Below the pieces are notes generated by a model that made no database searches, was not told where the DNA came from, and saw only the letters and a program-made list of their open reading frames with translations. A stretch of 32,000 bases of DNA from Candidatus Helarchaeota ASGARD archaeon Hel_GB_B (GTDB taxonomy: Archaea; Asgardarchaeota; Lokiarchaeia; Helarchaeales; HEL-GB-B): assembly GCA_005191425.1 (NCBI GenBank), contig SUPR01000019.1, positions 1-32,000 of the forward strand, in the 5' to 3' direction. Made by a program: the position numbers and the translations under genes. This document shows positions 29,840-32,000 of the stretch, piece by piece. Numbering within the stretch: position 1 is the first letter of the stretch; each line of letters opens with the position of its first letter.

Positions 29840-29859
29840 CCTTTTTTCCTTAATAAAAA

Positions 29860-30210
29860 TTATGTAAAATAATGCAGTTTTTCCAAGTCTTCTTTTTCAT
29901 TCTTCTCTTCTATGTCTAGATCCTTCTCAAGTAGTAGCTTTTCAATAAATTCTAAAAGAAAATCACTATCTGCATAGTTCATATGATCTCGATCTCCATC
30001 GTCATTTATTTCTCCAGTTTTTACAAGTTCATCAAAAGCATCCTGAATTTCTTCCTTAGAGATATTTAAATAATCAGCTACTTCATCTAAAGGGATCTTA
30101 TTTCTACCAGTTTTTTCATGGAACTGATTACATACTTCTAAAGCATCTTTCGCCAGTCTCAATTTTCTTGCATCTAATTTGTCGATATCATAATCGCTTT
30201 CTTTCTTCAT
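29860..30210 (-). CDS. Small acidic winged-helix-like protein
   Basis: IPLDEVADYLNISKEEIQDAFDELVKTGEI fits a wHTH pattern. ATG at 30210 with GTGA upstream; the track start is 30234. Confidence 0.6.
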   Translation of the reverse strand: MKKESDYDIDKLDARKLRLAKDALEVCNQFHEKTGRNKIPLDEVADYLNISKEEIQDAFDELVKTGEINDDGDRDHMNYADSDFLLEFIEKLLLEKDLDIEEKNEKEDLEKLHYFT

Positions 30211-30579
30211 AATATTCACTAGTATTACTATCATATTTTATCATATTTTTAATTTATGTTTTTAAAAGAAATAAACCGAATTTAAAGAATCCTATTTTCA
30301 TATTTAATACAATTTTTCGCGTTAATATTTTCTACAAATTTTTGTTCATAATCAAGATCTCTGCATTTAAAAATAATTAAATTTAATTTTTAATGTTATT
30401 ATTTAAAAAAATTCCCATTTTCAAAATGTTGGTGTTAAAAAACTTACAAAAATATGTAATAAATATTTAAAAATAATTTGAAATAAATAGTTTTATAAGA
30501 GAAAAAAAGTAAAAATAACTTAGAAATTAGACTCTATTTTAATTAAATTAACAAATATTTAGAATAAAAGGATTTTAAA

Positions 30580-31194
30580 ATGAGTTCAGAAAACAAAAAA
30601 GGATTTAAGCTTAGTTATAAATATTATAAGATGTTATTAAACTTTAAGGAAAAAACAAATATCCCTGAAATTAAAATTCCGGGTGTTATTATTAGAAAAT
30701 ATGATAAAGATAAAGATTTTAATAAATTTGTAGATTTATATAATAAAATTAAAGTCCCATTTTATGACCCAAATTATACTGAATCTGAATTTAAATTAAT
30801 CCAAAATGATATGGTCTTTTTAGCTGAAATTGACAATAAATTAGTTGGGTATGTCATCTGTTTTATAAGGGACGCAAAATATGATAAAGATTCAGAACAA
30901 TTTTTTGATAAAGAATTAGCGCAATATGTAAATAAAAATGAAAGACTGGGTGTTTTGGGAGAAATTGGTGTACTCGAAGAATATAGGAGGAGTGGAATTG
31001 CAACAGCATTAGCTGCAGAAGTAGGGCGTTACTTTAAAGAGAAAAATGTGGATAAGATCTATGCTGAAGCTTATTCAGAAAATGTTGAAGCCTTAAAATT
31101 TATACAGAGCTTTGGGTTTAAGAAAATTGGTATGGTGGTAGTTACACAAGACGAAGTTAGAAAACCACATCCAAGAAGGATTCGACCGAGTTAA
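30580..31194 (+). CDS. GNAT-family N-acetyltransferase
   Basis: FLAEIDNKLVGY, acetyl-CoA motif IGVLEEYRRSGIATAL, NVEALKFIQSFGFK. Confidence 0.88.
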   Translation: MSSENKKGFKLSYKYYKMLLNFKEKTNIPEIKIPGVIIRKYDKDKDFNKFVDLYNKIKVPFYDPNYTESEFKLIQNDMVFLAEIDNKLVGYVICFIRDAKYDKDSEQFFDKELAQYVNKNERLGVLGEIGVLEEYRRSGIATALAAEVGRYFKEKNVDKIYAEAYSENVEALKFIQSFGFKKIGMVVVTQDEVRKPHPRRIRPS

Positions 31195-31218
31195 ATTTCT
31201 TTTTATATTCGTTTATAT

Positions 31219-31971
31219 TCATTTATTTACGGAGCGGTCGTAAGCAAAAATTCCTAAAAAAATGATTGAAATTGTAAAAATTGTGATCCCGATCATATCT
31301 TGAATTTGTATTTGCCATTGAAAAAGAAGCGACCTTAATATATTAACTCCGAAACTCATTGGATTGAATTGTAATATATAAACTACCAGATTTGGGAAAT
31401 AATTTGAGATTATATCAATAGGGTAGAATATTGTAGAACCAAACATCAACCACAAATACACCAAACTTCGAGCTAATGTAAAATTCCGGCTACCCCTAAT
31501 CGATGTAGCTAAAATAATTGCCAATGAAGTCATGGAAAGCGAAAAAACTATAATAAAAAATAATATAATCAGAATTTCTAAAATATTCGGTAATCTAATT
31601 AAAATAAATGATGTAATAAGTAGTGGAAATGAATAAACAAGCCCTTGCAAGGCTCCAGCTAATGCCCTGCCTAATATAAAGTCCAATCTTTTTAAAGGTA
31701 AAGAAAGTAAATAAAAATCAAATTTGTTTTCTTTTTCAATATTTATTTTCCGCCCTAAAATGAATGACGCTGAAAATGCAGAAACTAAAGTTATTCCAGG
31801 ACTGAAAAATTTCAAATAATTCAGGCCAACAATTAAATTTCCGAGTGTATTTGCCATAATCAACAAATCAATGATATATGATACCATTAATATTGCGATC
31901 CAATAAGTAAACCTGAAAAAGTTCTTAATGTCCATTTTTAAAATTATAACAAATGTTAGTCGGTTTTTCAA
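31219..31971 (-). CDS. ABC-2-type transporter permease
   Basis: About 6 TM helices, FSPGITLVSAF, LLSLPLKRLDFILGRAL, FGSTIFYP, NPMSFGVNILR; TTG start with GGAGGGTGG upstream. Confidence 0.85.
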   Translation of the reverse strand: MKNRLTFVIILKMDIKNFFRFTYWIAILMVSYIIDLLIMANTLGNLIVGLNYLKFFSPGITLVSAFSASFILGRKINIEKENKFDFYLLSLPLKRLDFILGRALAGALQGLVYSFPLLITSFILIRLPNILEILIILFFIIVFSLSMTSLAIILATSIRGSRNFTLARSLVYLWLMFGSTIFYPIDIISNYFPNLVVYILQFNPMSFGVNILRSLLFQWQIQIQDMIGITIFTISIIFLGIFAYDRSVNK

Positions 31972-32000
31972 CTGAATTTTCCACCCTCCAGTTTTGAAAT

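Noticed and set aside
31968-32000. 3' end of an upstream gene (ISKLEGGKFS*, TGA overlapping the permease TTG), possibly the ABC ATPase
   Set aside because: Only 11 codons are visible, which cannot support a call.
1-32000. Selenocysteine recoding, tRNA/rRNA, CRISPR arrays, IS elements, cobalamin riboswitch
   Set aside because: The TGA codons examined fall at plausible protein ends or upstream of a start. No GC-rich structured intergenic segment, spaced repeat array, transposase or terminal inverted repeat was seen by eye. Covariance-model searches would be needed to exclude these fully.

Overview
Very AT-rich archaeal window (by eye about 25-30% GC, not computed). Archaeal-type TyrRS, a WtpABC tungstate transporter, GGTGA/GAGGT ribosome-binding sites and many TTG/GTG starts point to an anaerobic archaeon, most plausibly an Asgard (Loki/Hel-like) lineage; that placement is inference. 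Left to right: the N-terminal part of a secreted protein, a stand-alone Type IIG-like m6A DNA methyltransferase without an obvious nuclease domain, wtpABC behind a ModE-box-like operator, an MBL-fold hydrolase that appears to start at CTG, an acyl-CoA ligase, tyrS, a SAM methyltransferase, and a small 4-Cys protein. A minus-strand block follows: ChlI/D-like AAA+/VWA, CobN/ChlH-like chelatase, a UroD-family protein, and an Fe-S protein interrupted by an in-frame TAG. Then a plus-strand block: GH3-family acyl-adenylate ligase, an unassigned glycyl radical enzyme, a helical-SWIM-OB protein, a TM-fused hexapeptide acyltransferase, a second GH3 and a methyltransferase. The window ends with a wHTH protein, a GNAT and an ABC-2 permease. 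The best candidate for an undescribed system is the double-GH3 / glycyl radical enzyme / acyltransferase / methyltransferase locus. No rRNA, tRNA, CRISPR array or transposase was recognised.
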